The position numbers and the translations under genes were made by a program. 64,000 bases of DNA from Carcharhinus longimanus (Eukaryota), in assembly GCA_030264375.1 (NCBI GenBank), contig JASCQW010000043.1, forward strand, positions 73,880,680-73,944,679. The letters are read 5' to 3'. The stretch's first letter is position 1. Each line of letters opens with the position of its first letter. Shown one piece after another: positions 11,210 to 24,619 of this stretch. The notes beneath the pieces were generated by a model that made no database searches, was not told where the DNA came from, and saw only the letters and a program-made list of their open reading frames with translations.

Positions 11210-12887
11210 CAGTGTATGTAATTATTTTCACTTCGGGGTGATCCCTGGAGTGGAAATGTTTTACTATATTAGGATAATTAATGTTTAATTTCAACAGCAG
11301 GTCTGTAACATCTACTTTTATATCTAAAAGTTCAATTCAAATACAGTCAGGCATCACCAGAGGTTTTTTGCTGAAACTTACAGGTATAAAATTCAGAAAA
11401 CAGACAAATGAAGACACAAAGACATCACATGTAAAGACCCTTGAAGCTTTTGCTGTAAGGCCTTTACCTGAAAGGGTGTGTTTCCTCTCTTTAGATGTGA
11501 CCTATTACTTTGCTTTCATTTCTGATTTTGGGTGGAATCTTCCCAGAAATGTACAGAGTGTTGCCCGCAGGCTTGCCAGCCAGCTTTTCTTACTGTATTA
11601 AACACCCTGTGCATTTTAAAAGGAGAGCGAAATTCACACAGTCAGCTGGAGGGGTGGGGCCTAAAAACGCCAGCAAGACCCAGAATCACAAGATCGTGGT
11701 GCTGTTTTTAAATGGCACCCCAACCTCCAACTTACTTAAAAATTCTCCCCCCCCCTCCCCGCTCCTCCTTNNNNNNNNNNNNNNNNNNNNNNNNNNNNNN
11801 NNNNNNNNNNNNNNNNNNNNNNNNNNNNNNNNNNNNNNNNNNNNNNNNNNNNNNNNNNNNNNNNNNNNNNNNNNNNNNNNNNNNNNNNNNNNNNNNNNNN
11901 NNNNNNNNNNNNNNNNNNNNNNNNNNNNNNNNNNNNNNNNNNNNNNNNNNNNNNNNNNNNNNNNNNNNNNNNNNNNNNNNNNNNNNNNNNNNNNNNNNNN
12001 NNNNNNNNNNNNNNNNNNNNNNNNNNNNNNNNNNNNNNNNNNNNNNNNNNNNNNNNNNNNNNNNNNNNNNNNNNNNNNNNNNNNNNNNNNNNNNNNNNNN
12101 TCACCAAACGGGAAGTGTACTTATCTCAGGACCGCCCAGCGTGGTCATCACATCTGGTTTTGCTTGCGAAACAAGTAGTGATTTCACGCCAATTAGGTGG
12201 GAAGATAAGGTGTGGGTGGTCGTCTTATCGTGAAAGCTGGTAAATGCATGTTAATTTATTAAAATGTATGGCATGAATCTGATCATGTCCCATTGGAAGG
12301 GGGGCAAGGAAGAGCTCAAACTGAGAATTTGCTGCTGCAAATCCCATTTTTGACTTGCAAAATTTAGTGGCCGTTATGAGATGTGTGCCAGCGGCTAGTG
12401 TGCGCACTGCATCATGGCTTTTGCTTTCTCATCATTTGATGAGGTATCTCCTGAGTCAAACCCCTTATTGCAAGCTGTAAATGTTTCACCAGACAGGTTT
12501 TAATGATGAGATTAGGAGGTGTTTTGAAAATTGTCATGTTTTTCCCAAGTACACAAGAATAGATAGGCAACTTGCCTGTTGATTGGTGAACACCCAATGT
12601 TATGTTTAACATGACTAGCCAAGTAATGATTTGCTTATTCCTGTACAATTATACATAACTATTAAATAGGTTGGCTGTTTCTCAAATATTTATTCATAAT
12701 ATGCATCTGAATTTTCTGAAGATTAACACATATTCCATGTATGATGCCGAAGTATCAGGAAATTATAGCGTGAGTGAGTTCTACCAACACCACGTCCACC
12801 ATAATCTGGTATGCAACCAAAATGTTGAACTGCTGATTGTCGAACCTCTGCCCTAATGTCACTGTAATCACACAGTGAAAGAAACAG

Positions 12888-12945
12888 AAGACTTGCATTT
12901 ATATAGCTCTTTTCACAATCCTGGATACCTCAAAGTGCTTTACAG
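12888..12945 (-). mobile_element. L2-type 3' tail (as found in DeuSINEs and L2 LINEs)
   Basis: Reverse complement gtaaagcactttgagg...gctatataaatgcaagtc. Confidence 0.6.
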
Positions 12946-13499
12946 TCAATGATGTACTGTTTTTTTTTGACCACTTAGTTAGCATTGGTATTCAATCACT
13001 CGGCAGACTGCCCGAGGGTGATCATTTTACTGGCTCGTTCTAGATACCTTATTGAAACATTAAACCTCAATAATTAGAGTTTTGACAACCAGCCTGATCG
13101 TTTTATATTGAGCTCTTGTGCTAAGCATAGATTGCTACCTGTAATGAAATATGGCTGGCAATGGTAGGCAGTGAGAGGGAGAACCTATACAAACAGCCTC
13201 TTCTTTGTCATTTATAGTACTTCAATACAAACTTACTAATCAAAGTAAATTAAATTCTATCTGTGCAATGTACATAGAGACCTATCCCCACTTTACAAGT
13301 TTAGAATCACTGTGGATTGTATAAATAGTCCATAGTTACCTTCCAGATTTCTAATGTGAACCAGACTTCTGTGTGACCTATGGTATAAGGATTTAAAGGA
13401 GATCCACTGCGCCGTTTTATACTTAATTCATCAGTTTATGTAATGCATTCATTGTTGATCATGTGTGGTGTTTTCAGTAGTGCAGGGGGAATAGAAAAT

Positions 13500-13990
13500 C
13501 ACCAACCCTCTCTGCCAGTATTGCTATATAACTCACCCTTTTATCATTCAACACCTTCAACAGAATCAAACACATCCTCCCCTGCCTTCCGCTTTCCAAA
13601 GGAACTATTCATTTCTTGATATCCTAGTTCAGTTTTTCAACACCCACCCTACCTCCTTTCCCATGACAGTCTCATACAAACATAGGTGATGCAGTACCCA
13701 CCTGTTGACCTTCATATGTCACTGTCCATGACCCAGGCACAATTCTTCTGAATTTGGCAGCAGTTTGCTTCCTCCAAACTAACATGAGGCATTCACACCC
13801 AACTGTATGGCCTCTTCCAAGTTCAGATGGCTACTCACAGATGAGGTGACTACTTTGTGAAATAATTCTGATTTTGTCCACATGTATGAGCTAAGGTCCC
13901 CTCTGATTGCCACATTATCAATTCTCAATACAAACACAAGAAGATGCTTCAAACTCAGACTATCCCTTTATCCCAGCAATGTCTTTACCG
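13500..13990 (+). mobile_element. Highly decayed Penelope-like ORF 3' region
   Basis: Remnants of the PSPPLSAFRR and GIY-YIG-adjacent segments, many stops. Confidence 0.4.
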
Positions 13991-14289
13991 GCACATAAAC
14001 CAGTGAAGAGTTACCATAAGCTTGACACACACGCTAGTACAGTTGCAAGCTGTTTTCTTTCAGAGAATTTCTTGTAGATTTTTTTTATCAGAGAGCTTAA
14101 AATTCCTGACCTCTCTCCCTGACTGAAGTCTCCTTTTTTTGTTCCGGTCTTTTCTCTGTGTTGATGTCATTTGACCACTGTCACTGGGCAACAATAAAGT
14201 TTATCTACTTTGATTTTTTTTCCCAGAAGCACTAAATTTTAACCTCTTTTAACTCATCTCTTTAAAAGGTTAGGACTTTAAAGTTTATC

Positions 14290-14580
14290 TGGCACAATGG
14301 TTAGCACTAGTGCCTCATAGTGCCAGGAACCCAGGTTCAATTTCTGGCTTGGGTCACCGTCTGTGTGGAGTCTGCACGTTCTCCCCATGTCTATGTGGGT
14401 TTCCTTTGGGTGCTCTGGTTTTCTCCCACAGTCCAAAAGACCTGCTGGTTAAGTCTATTGGCCATACTAAATTCTCCCTCAGTATACCTGAATAGACGCC
14501 AGAGTGTGATGACTAGGGGATTTTCACAGTAACTTCATTGCAGTGTTAATGTAAGCCTACTTGTGACACTAAATAAACTG
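14290..14580 (+). mobile_element. V-SINE, tail B
   Basis: ggcacaatggttagcac head through cctacttgtgacactaaataaac. Confidence 0.88.
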
Positions 14581-15923
14581 AAACCTTTAGACAACAAATT
14601 AGAGCCTTTAACCTACAGTTGGTAATCATGTCATTTAATTTAGTCTTTGTCGGTAGAAGAACCTGAAATGGAACCTTTCACGTTGTTCGTATTTCTGTCA
14701 GTGAAAGAACTGTTCACCCCATTAGTCTCTGTTTTCTGTTCCTTTGCCATTTTGTATTGACGCTCCTACTTGCCTCTTTAAAGAGGCTTTAAATTTGCAA
14801 ACAAGTTTAGGGAGATATTGACAATGTGGGCCATCAATGCAGAATATGTGACAGCATTCTGAGAGGTGGGGGAAGGAGATAAATGCTTGCAGGGTGGAAG
14901 GATACTCTGCTGGAGCACGATGTTGGTGAGCTAGTCTGAATGAACCCTTGATGCCAATTGAAATTATTTTCTGCCAGGCTTCATGGTATATTTTTTCACC
15001 TCGTTCCAAGCAGTGGAATCAGAAGGTACTGCCTGTGCTTCAAGGTGGGAAAACTAGCCTATGGAAACAAGCTTTCAGTGGAACAGACCCCTGAGGGAGA
15101 TGGTTGATGCAGTTAGTAGTGATTCGTTCAAACACAAATTAAATCGAATTCTTTCAAAAAGTAGCATTTGTAGGATATCAGCAGCTGTGTAATTTGAGGC
15201 ATGATATGTTTAGCATGTTTGGAAAGGAAAGGCTAATCCTGGACCTCTGATTCATGAAACTCTCCACTACCTGTATTTTCTGTTATTTCTGAGTTTGTGT
15301 GGATTGATTCCATTAATTAGTGGAGTATGGCAATATTCTTCTATCATGTAACTACCAGGATGGATAAGGGAGACTGGATGGATTTGATCTTTTTAGGTCA
15401 AGTAATTCCTTTGTCTCTAGGAGCCTGTTCCATTTTCTCAGTTTGTAATGTTCAGCTTTCTGTGTCAATGCCCATCTTATATAACCATTCACACATTCTA
15501 TGTCTTGAATACACCTTTCTGAAAAAATAATGCCTCTTATTGGCTCATGCTATTATCACTTCAACCATTTTAGCCACCTCCTATTTCTGACTTAAGCATT
15601 TCACAAGCCATTCTATTTCCTCACTGAGCTGTTTGTGCTATATTTCCACCTTTCCTGCTTGGCTTTGCTCTATTTATTTTTAACCGAGTTTATTACTGAT
15701 ATCGTCCCGTTTTCACAAAAGATCCACATCCCAAATGTCAAATTGGTTGCTGTTTATCACAGCTCTGCCTGACCTGTTGAGTGTTTCTGGAGTTGATTTC
15801 CATCACTTGCAGTTTTACTTTGTTTCCAGCCCATTTGATTTGATTTGGTTTATTATTGTCACATGTATTCCACTATTGTCATAATTTCCATGATGACACT
15901 TGTCTGTGTCTGGATGGCAGCAG

Positions 15924-16010
15924 TGATGTGGAGAAGGGGCAGTGCTCCGAAAGCTTGTGCTACCAAATAAACCTGTTGAACTTTAACCTGGTGCTGTGAG
16001 ACTACTTACT
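15924..16010 (+). mobile_element. Short Penelope-like element (family 1)
   Basis: gatgtggag + ggggcagtgctccgaaagcttgtgctaccaaataaacctgtt; flanked by 14-bp direct repeats. Confidence 0.75.
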
Positions 16011-16096
16011 CTGGGTGGCAGCAGCCACGTATCTCATGACCTCTGTCATGACATTTTACTGAATTACTTCAACAGTCACGAAGCAGTTCCATAAGA

Positions 16097-17430
16097 TTTG
16101 ATTTTATTTATTACTGTGACGTGTATTAGTATACAGTGAAAAGTATTGTTTCTTGCACTCTACACAGACTAAGCATACCAAACATAGAGAAGGAAAGGAG
16201 AGAATGCAGAATTTAGTGTTATAATCATAGGTAGGGTGTAGAGAAAGATCCCAAAAGAGAAAACAGAAAGAGAAAATGCTGGAAAATCTCAGCAGGTCTG
16301 GCAGTATCTGTAAGGAGAGAAAAGAACTGATATTTTGTGTCCGATGACCCTTTGTCAAAGTAGTGAAAGATCAGCTTAATATAAGGTAGTTTCGTTCAAA
16401 GGTCTGATGACAGCAGGGACGAAGCTGTTTTTGAGTCAGTTGGTACGTGACCTCAGACCTTTGTATTTATTTTCTTGACAGAAGAAGGTGAAAGAGAGAA
16501 TGCCTGGAATGTAGTTCCTTGCAGTCTTGGCTAGAGCAAGAACCATATTAAGCTGTGATACAACCAGAAATAATGCCTTTTGTGGTGCATCTGTAAAAGT
16601 TGGTGGAAGTCATAGCAGACACGCCAAATTTCATAAGTCTTCTGAGAAAGCAGAGGCATTGCTGACTTTCTTAACTGTAGTGTCAGCATGAGGGGACCAG
16701 GACAGGTTGTTGGTGATCTGGACACCTAAAAGCTTGAAGCTCTTGACCATTTCCACATCATCCCCATTTAATGTAGATAGGGGCATGTGCTTCCTGAAGT
16801 CGATGACTTTCTCCTTCATTTTGTTGACATTGATGGAGAAATTATTGTCACTGCAGCAGTTCACCAGATTCTCTATTTCCCCTGTACTCTATCTTGTCAT
16901 TGTTTGAGATCCGACCCACCACGGTGGTGTCATCAGCAAACCTGAAAATTGAGTTGGAGGGAAATTTGACCACACAGTCAAAGGTGTATAAGGAGCATAG
17001 TATGTGGCTGAGGACACAGCCTTGTGGGGCGTCAGTGTTGAGGATGATTGTGGAGGAGGTATCGTTACCTGTCCTTACTGATTGTGGCCTGTTAGTTAGG
17101 AAGTTCAGGATCCAATTGCAGAGGGAGGAGCCAAGCCACTGAGTTTGGAGATGAGTTTCATGGGAATAACGGTGTTAAAAGCTGAACTGTAGTCGATAAA
17201 TAGAAGTCTGGCATAGGTGTATTTGTTATCTACATGTTAAGGGGTTGATTGTAGGGTCAGGGAGATGGCATCTGCTGTGGTTCTGTTGTGGCAGTGGAGG
17301 AATTGTAGTGGATCCAGGCAATCTGGGAGGCTGGAGTTGATTCATGCCATGAGTAACCTTTCAAAGCACATCATAATGATGGATGTCAGAGTCACAGGAC
17401 GATAGTAATTAAGTCGTGTTGCCTGCCTTT
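16097..17430 (-). mobile_element. Rex1/Babar LINE RT and 3' end, with a nested Penelope piece at 16251-16359
   Basis: The - strand reads [25 protein letters not shown] and FKLLGVQITNNLSW; frameshifted. Confidence 0.85.
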
Positions 17431-17970
17431 GAAAACTGAAATCACCACGAACATGGTTTGTTTAAAACGTGCTTTAACCCTTGCGTACTGTGTGCAAGTT
17501 ATCCAGCTGAGTGGAACTGCATTCTGTGCACTGGGGATGAGAAAGCCCATCCTCAGAAATATTCACTGATTGTGTCACAGTTCTGACGCAGGACTAGTTT
17601 TAAAATAAGCGTTTGGCCTTTACAAAAGAGGTTTACCTTAAAATGAGATGGAGAAATTAAGACAAATGGGTAGATTTGCATTATTTATTTCAACTTTTTT
17701 CCTTCATACTAAGCAACAAAATGAGAAGGTTTTACATGGTTAAATTTCTCATACATATTCAAATATGCAAGGAGCTTTATTACTTAATATGCCTAGTTTA
17801 AGTCAGTGAAATGCGTTTAAAATAACCTGCTTAGCCATCTACCTCCAGTACCAAATACTGAATTATAAAGAAAGGATTGTTTGTGTTTTTTGGACTGAAG
17901 ATCTGCAGGAAAGTAGGAAATAAACAGAGTGACCCAAAATCAGACCATTCTCACACAACAAATTTTAAAA

Positions 17971-18097
17971 CCCTGAGGAAGAGTCAAAGGATTCGAAATG
18001 TTAATTCTGCTTCCTCTCCTGATAGATGCTGCCAGACCAACTTGACATTTTTCCAGCATTCTTTGTTCTTGTTTCAAATTCCAACATCTGCAGTATT
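17971..18097 (+). mobile_element. Penelope-like terminal-repeat remnant (family 2) with a hammerhead-like core
   Basis: CTGAGGA-A-GAGTC-aaag-GATTC-GAAA-tgtt, followed by gatgctgccagacc...ttccagcatt. Confidence 0.65.
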
Positions 18098-18148
18098 GAA
18101 TAGATTGATTTTATTATTGTCTCGTGTTGGGGTACAGCGAAAAATATT

Positions 18149-18439
18149 GGGAAGTGATTCTCCCAAAAGTGCTGAATTGGTGGGAAAACTGTTGTAGGTC
18201 ACGACTGTTTTTTTCAGTGCAGCTTCACATCGAATCTCTGCACTGTCTGCAATGCTGAGGTCCCAGTTGTGAATCTCATTAAAACCCGGGGGCATGAGGT
18301 CTGTTCGCACCAGAGTCTGACAGTTCTGGAACTCTACGCGTGCACAGTGGTCCCTATCTGTTGGCCTCCCCATTTGCTGACCAGCTCGATCACTGGCCAG
18401 CCTGGGACCTGTGCAGTGCTGCCCCTTTAGTCTTCTTCT

Positions 18440-18486
<47 letters not shown>

Positions 18487-18586
18487 NNNNNNNNNNNNNN
18501 NNNNNNNNNNNNNNNNNNNNNNNNNNNNNNNNNNNNNNNNNNNNNNNNNNNNNNNNNNNNNNNNNNNNNNNNNNNNNNNNNNNNNN

Positions 18587-18649
<63 letters not shown>

Positions 18650-19152
18650 ACACACACACACCCCGATCACGGCCCCCACAACAATTCCCGGACCAGCCCT
18701 GATCACTGGCCTCCCTCCAGCCCAGACCAATCTCGGTGCAGAATGGCAGCGGGATCCCCTCCATCCTCGCCAGTTGCCCCTAGGCCCTGCCCGGTGCCCC
18801 CTGAGCATGGGAACTTTGCCGGCACAGCCAGGATGCCCATGCCCAGGGAGCCCTGATTGCCTCCCCTTTATTCCGACGGGGTCTCCTGCTAGTTCCCCAA
18901 ATGTGGGGAGATTCTATCAGGACTAGCAAGTTCCTGATAATTACATGCAAAATATATTTAAACCAAATTTTTAAAAAAACTCAAATGACTTACTTCTCTT
19001 CCTGCCAGTTTCTGGACTCCGACTATTTCCGGGTGTGGAAGACGCGCATGCGTTCCAAGTGCATGTGCAAGTCCCGGAAAAAGACCACGGACGCGATTCT
19101 CCCGACCAGACTTGCCAGGAAAGTTGCGGGTCGCGGTGGGAGAATTAGGCCC
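18149..19152. mobile_element. GC-rich non-autonomous element with imperfect terminal inverted repeats (MITE-like)
   Basis: gggaagtgattctccc ... gggagaattaggccc ends; CpG-rich interior. Confidence 0.5.
18443..18660. repeat. Compound microsatellite (CT)n-[gap]-(CT)n-polyC-(CA)n
   Basis: Directly visible. Confidence 0.95.
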
Positions 19153-19324
19153 AGTTTCTTGCAAGCTGTTACAGATAAAACATACAGTTAGAAGATAGAA
19201 CTATACAGCACAGTACAGGCCCTTGATCCTCAATATTGTGCTGAGCTATGTCCAAACCCAAGATCAAGCTATCCCACTCCCAATCATTCTGGTGTGCTCC
19301 ATGTGTCTATCCAATAACCCTTGA

Positions 19325-19690
<366 letters not shown>

Positions 19691-22467
19691 TAAGTAAATC
19701 CTTGCATATTGAAGTTGCTCCATCCTCAGTGTGGAAGTGTGCTGAAAAATCATTTCCCCTTTGAGTGGACAAATGTATTTCCCAAGCGTTGCTGAGAACG
19801 TCGTGGATCATAATTCATCTGAGCTAATTGATGTAAAATGCGCAGGTGGTGGCACAGCTTGTGTGCATAATGAAGGAACCTGTTACTGTACCTCATGAGA
19901 ACGAGCGACAGCAAAGTTGGAGCATCGGTCGCCCTTTTTGTGATGCGTGATATTATAATGCACATCAACTAAATTAATTGTGATATTTCAAATAATAGTA
20001 AAGTAGTGTTTGATTTGAATTGAGATCTCTGCAAACCACCCGTAAACATTCGGAACACAACTGTTTCTGGTGCATCTACTCCAAGTGGAGGATGTGCGTA
20101 ACCTCTCAAAACCACAGAATCAACAAATATTTGACAGTACATGTCTGCATTGTGATTAAGTGAGCATCTGCCTGTGCCAATTTCCATTTTTCAGTTTTTG
20201 AAGGAAGTGGATCATAAACAATCAAAATAAAATCTGTTTCCTGATGGAGAGCTTGGTTTTTCTATTTAATCATGAAGAAGACAGAATCTTTTGACATTGT
20301 GTCATTGAGATGTTATTGCCCTGCTTTTATTCAGTACTGCAAAGTGCTTATTTCTCTGCCAACCAATATATAGTTTGCAGGGTATTGACATCCATTGAAA
20401 TTAATCAGGAGAAATAACCTCATGAGAACACAGTACAAATTCAGAAGCCATTTTGTCCTTTGTATCTGGCTGTTGACATGTCAGCCCCTTTGTCCTAGAG
20501 AATTGTACAAAGGACCGAGAGGAGATCGAACTGTCCAACCACATTGATCAATATTTTACTGGGTTAGTTAAGTCATCCAAACCTGCATAGCAATTTAATT
20601 GCATCTGTAATCGAAGAAAACCACATATTTTTGCATAGGCAGTAATAAATAGACACAAATAAAATGGCAGATCTCGATGAGGCACATTATTTCACTTGAA
20701 AGATCTGGTTCAAACCACAAGCTAATTCAAGCTAATGTTGCAGTTATTCACTGTAAATGTGATACATGAATTTCTTCACATAGCATTGGACTCTTATGGA
20801 GTGCTATACTAATTCCCAGCATAAATCGCTAAACTGAGAATTACTCTTTCCATTCATCTGCTAGCCTGATGGTATCCTGTTCTTCTCTTAGAAGCTAAGC
20901 TGTTTTAAAAAGAAATGTAAAGGTAAATTTGCAATTAGTCAAAACTGTCAATTGAAATAAATTTCAGAGCTTCATAAGATCCTAAGAAAATTCAGGGTGA
21001 GAAAAACCACATTCTAACAATCAATTTCATTGTATCCAGAAACCATATTTTGATTTATCCTCTTACTTCATCTGACACTGCATGTTCTTTTTTTGAGAGA
21101 TGTTAAATTCATTTCCCTTGGTCGAAAATAAATGAAACTGTGTGCTTAATAAGTCTATATCCTTCAATTCCATTGCAACAGATACCAACAGGTGCCAGTT
21201 GCTACCAACCCAACTTTGAATCATCTTGCAGACTTGTAGCATTTCTTTTGCCAACTGGAAATGTTTGAGCATATCTTCAGAACTTTAGAATTCTTAGCCT
21301 AGAATCTCTCTTCAGTAAACTCTTTCTATTTATCTGCTTCATTTATGATGACAAAAACTTTGTATCATATCCCAGAAATGGCCTCCCCCTGCCTCTACAA
21401 CTTATTCTGACATGATATGCAGTTACACTCCATTATCTAATGTGTTTTGCCATAGCCAAGTACTCTGAGCATAATCAGTGATCACTCCCAATATATTCTC
21501 ATTTTAAGCTTTTGTCATTTATGATCCTTTGTGTACTGTTATATGTACAGCATTACCTTACATTTATTCACTTTAAAGTACATTTGCCTATCTCAGCGCA
21601 AGTAAATAACCAGTCTCTCTATCTGTAAAGATAATTGACTTTATTCATACTCCTTACAGACCCACACAGTATTGTATTATCAAGCTTATATTAAGCTACT
21701 GCAGGCACCCTGCCCCACATAATTCACTGATCGTTTAAATGAGAGCCCAGAACAAATGCTTGTGAAATCCCACTGCTTATTTAATCCCAGATGGAACATT
21801 TTCATTTAGCACTGCTTGGAAGTAATTTCAGCTTGTTGGCCAAATTCTCTGGTCTTGTCCATGGCGGGACCCATTGCGAGCGAGAACAAAAAACTTGGTG
21901 TGTCAGCCAAAACTCTTTCAGCCTGGCCGGAAAATCCCAGCCACGAGCGACGACAGAAAATCTCGGCCTGTGTCTTATACTCCCCTCCCAGTTTGGTTCT
22001 GCGACTGATTGGAATCTCTGAGAAACCTCCCAGCGAACCTGTTTTTAGAATTTTGCCAATAATTTATTTAGTTTTTAACTACTGCCAGGCAAAATTTTAC
22101 ATTCTTTAGTTTTCTTGGATGAAGCAAGTATGTTAGATATTGTAAATAAAAATTAATGCCACGAGGTGACTGTAAGTTATTAAAAACCTTTTTGACGTTG
22201 AGTTTCTAAAATTTGATTTGTGCAATTTAAATGTTTTAACGAGACAAACAAAAGCTACTTGCCAAAATGCTGAAATGTTAAATGATGCGAGCTAAGTTGC
22301 ACCACATTGGCTGTTGGCCTGTGTTATCAAAACTATCAGCGTCACGCATGACAAATGCAGTTAGCATTAATTCCATGTGTTTAGATGGAGCATTTAATTT
22401 GAGTGAGCTTAAAATTGAGTTATAGCTGAGCAAATCGTTTTAAGCATGTTGGTACCAAACTTACTGA

Positions 22468-22668
<201 letters not shown>

Positions 22669-23831
22669 TAACTTCTTAGCAAAGGACAAATAAGAAGAAT
22701 TAATTTTATACAATGCATAAAGAATAACAATTACATGTAATCATGCTTGAATTTCAAAATAGTAATTCAACTGGTCTTTCTGTTGTGATACAGTAGTTGG
22801 GACATATAGTTATTAAAGTAGGGATGCGATTGTTAAATAACTGCATAAAACTTTCTGTTGCCATAAGCTACAAAATGATACTTTTCTGGTTCCCCATTTT
22901 AAGCTTATAATAGTGAGTGGCTCATGGTCCCGTATTAGTTAAGTCTTTTCTATTATAGCTCTGTGTGCAGGGAGCTTCCATTTGCATATTACTGTTAGTT
23001 CACGTTGTCTTTGTACTATCAAATGGGGAGACAGGCAGATTTATCCCGTAGCCAGGTATACCGGATCATTATGAAGGTCTGTGAAATACGGTGGTGTGCT
23101 TTCTCGATTAATCTCTATTTTACTTATTTATAAGGATGATTGTGGATAAAGTCAATTTTTGGTCTTAAATTCTTTAACACAAAATTAGTAGAATTAAAAA
23201 CATTCCACTTGTTAAGGATGAGCTCGGAATACGAGGAATACTATACTAGGAATATATTTAAATTACAGTTAAAAAACCTCAGAGCAAAATATACAAATGT
23301 ATTGCAAATCAAATTAGTTTAGGATATCAAGTTTCCTTTTTTAAGTATTTAATTTTCTGTATCGCTTTCAGGAAATGGTTTTTCCACGTAAGTGAGAGAG
23401 AAACTCCACAGAAAAATGTTTCATCAGCTGTAGAAGACGGATGAATATCAGTGATATTTTGTTCTATAGATCATTTTCAACCACAATAATTGGGGTTGGT
23501 TGAGTTTTACCCTAACCTCTTTCCCCAGTCATCCCCTTCTCCAGACTCTGCCCACGAATAGTTTTAATAACAATGTAATTTAAAATGAAGGAATATAATG
23601 CCTGAAAGAATTCTTGTAAGCTTGCCAACTCTGGGAAGTTCACATCCGATCTGGGTTCCAATCCAGCACAGACTAGTGGATGGAAATAATTGATTTTGCT
23701 GTAATTAAAGTAGAACAGGTTTCTTGCAGTCTTAACATGGTTTTTATGAGTTTAGACCCACAATGTTAAGTTGCTTCATGAGTAGTTAGTAACTTTTTTA
23801 ATTTGTCAGTACAAAATTGGTTCGATCATTT

Positions 23832-24125
23832 GGACAGCATGGTGGCACAAAGCGCCAGGGACGTGTGTTCAACTCCCGGCCTGGGTCACTGTCTGTGTGG
23901 ATTTTGCACATTCTCCCTGTGTCTGCATGGGTTTCATCTGGGTGCTCCGGTTTCCCCTTGGGGTCCAAAGGTGTGAGTAGATAGCTTGGCCATAATAAAT
24001 TGTCCATTCGTATCAGGGAGGTTAGCAGGGTAAATATATGGGGTTACAGAGATGGGGCCTGGGTGGGATCATTGTCGGTGCAAGTTCAATGGGCCAAATG
24101 GCGCTCTTCTGCACTGATTCATGAT
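23832..24125 (+). mobile_element. V-SINE, tail A
   Basis: V-domain plus gggcctgggtgggat...ttctgcactgattcatgatt. Confidence 0.82.
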
Positions 24126-24249
24126 TTTGTGATTTCCTTTAGGTTTACAACAAGCACATAAGCAAATTTATTTTACCCTTGAATGGCTGGTTCAATGTTA
24201 CATCGGTGGCATTACTATTGGCAAAGTGTGAAATGTGTTTACCTGTGTA

Positions 24250-24452
24250 GTCCTGTCAGTTGCTTGGGCGGCTGGTTTGTGATGCAGAGGAACTCCAGCA
24301 ATGCAGATTCAATTCCCGTACTGGCTGAGGTTATGCATGAGGGCCTCGCATTTCCAAACTTGCCCTTCGCCTGAGGTGTGATCCTCTGGTTAAATCAGCT
24401 CAGAGGGAAAAACGGCCTGTGGTGATCTGGGACTGTGACAACTTTACCTTTC
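24250..24452 (+). mobile_element. tRNA-derived SINE of another family
   Basis: B-box-like gattcaattccc; tail ggtgatctgggactgtgacaactttacctt. Confidence 0.5.
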
Positions 24453-24619
24453 TAATCAAATGTGCTTTAAATCACTGCTGCTAGCAACTCGAGAGAAAAT
24501 TAGTGCTTAGCACCTGTGGTTTGCACTTCGGCAATTTACTTGCCTCCCAATTGTCAAATTTCCTGCTATAAATTTATTAAAAATTGCCAAGTTATGTAAC
24601 CTATTTATCTAATGGATTT

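Noticed and set aside
11510-12233. ORFs of 173 and 222 aa
   Set aside because: Mostly N gap
18074-18926. Long ORFs of 120-244 aa
   Set aside because: Produced by microsatellites, Ns and a GC-rich repeat
19773-19898. 41-aa Cys-containing ORF and CpG-enriched patch after exon 3
   Set aside because: Too short, with no homology or splice support; cannot be distinguished from chance
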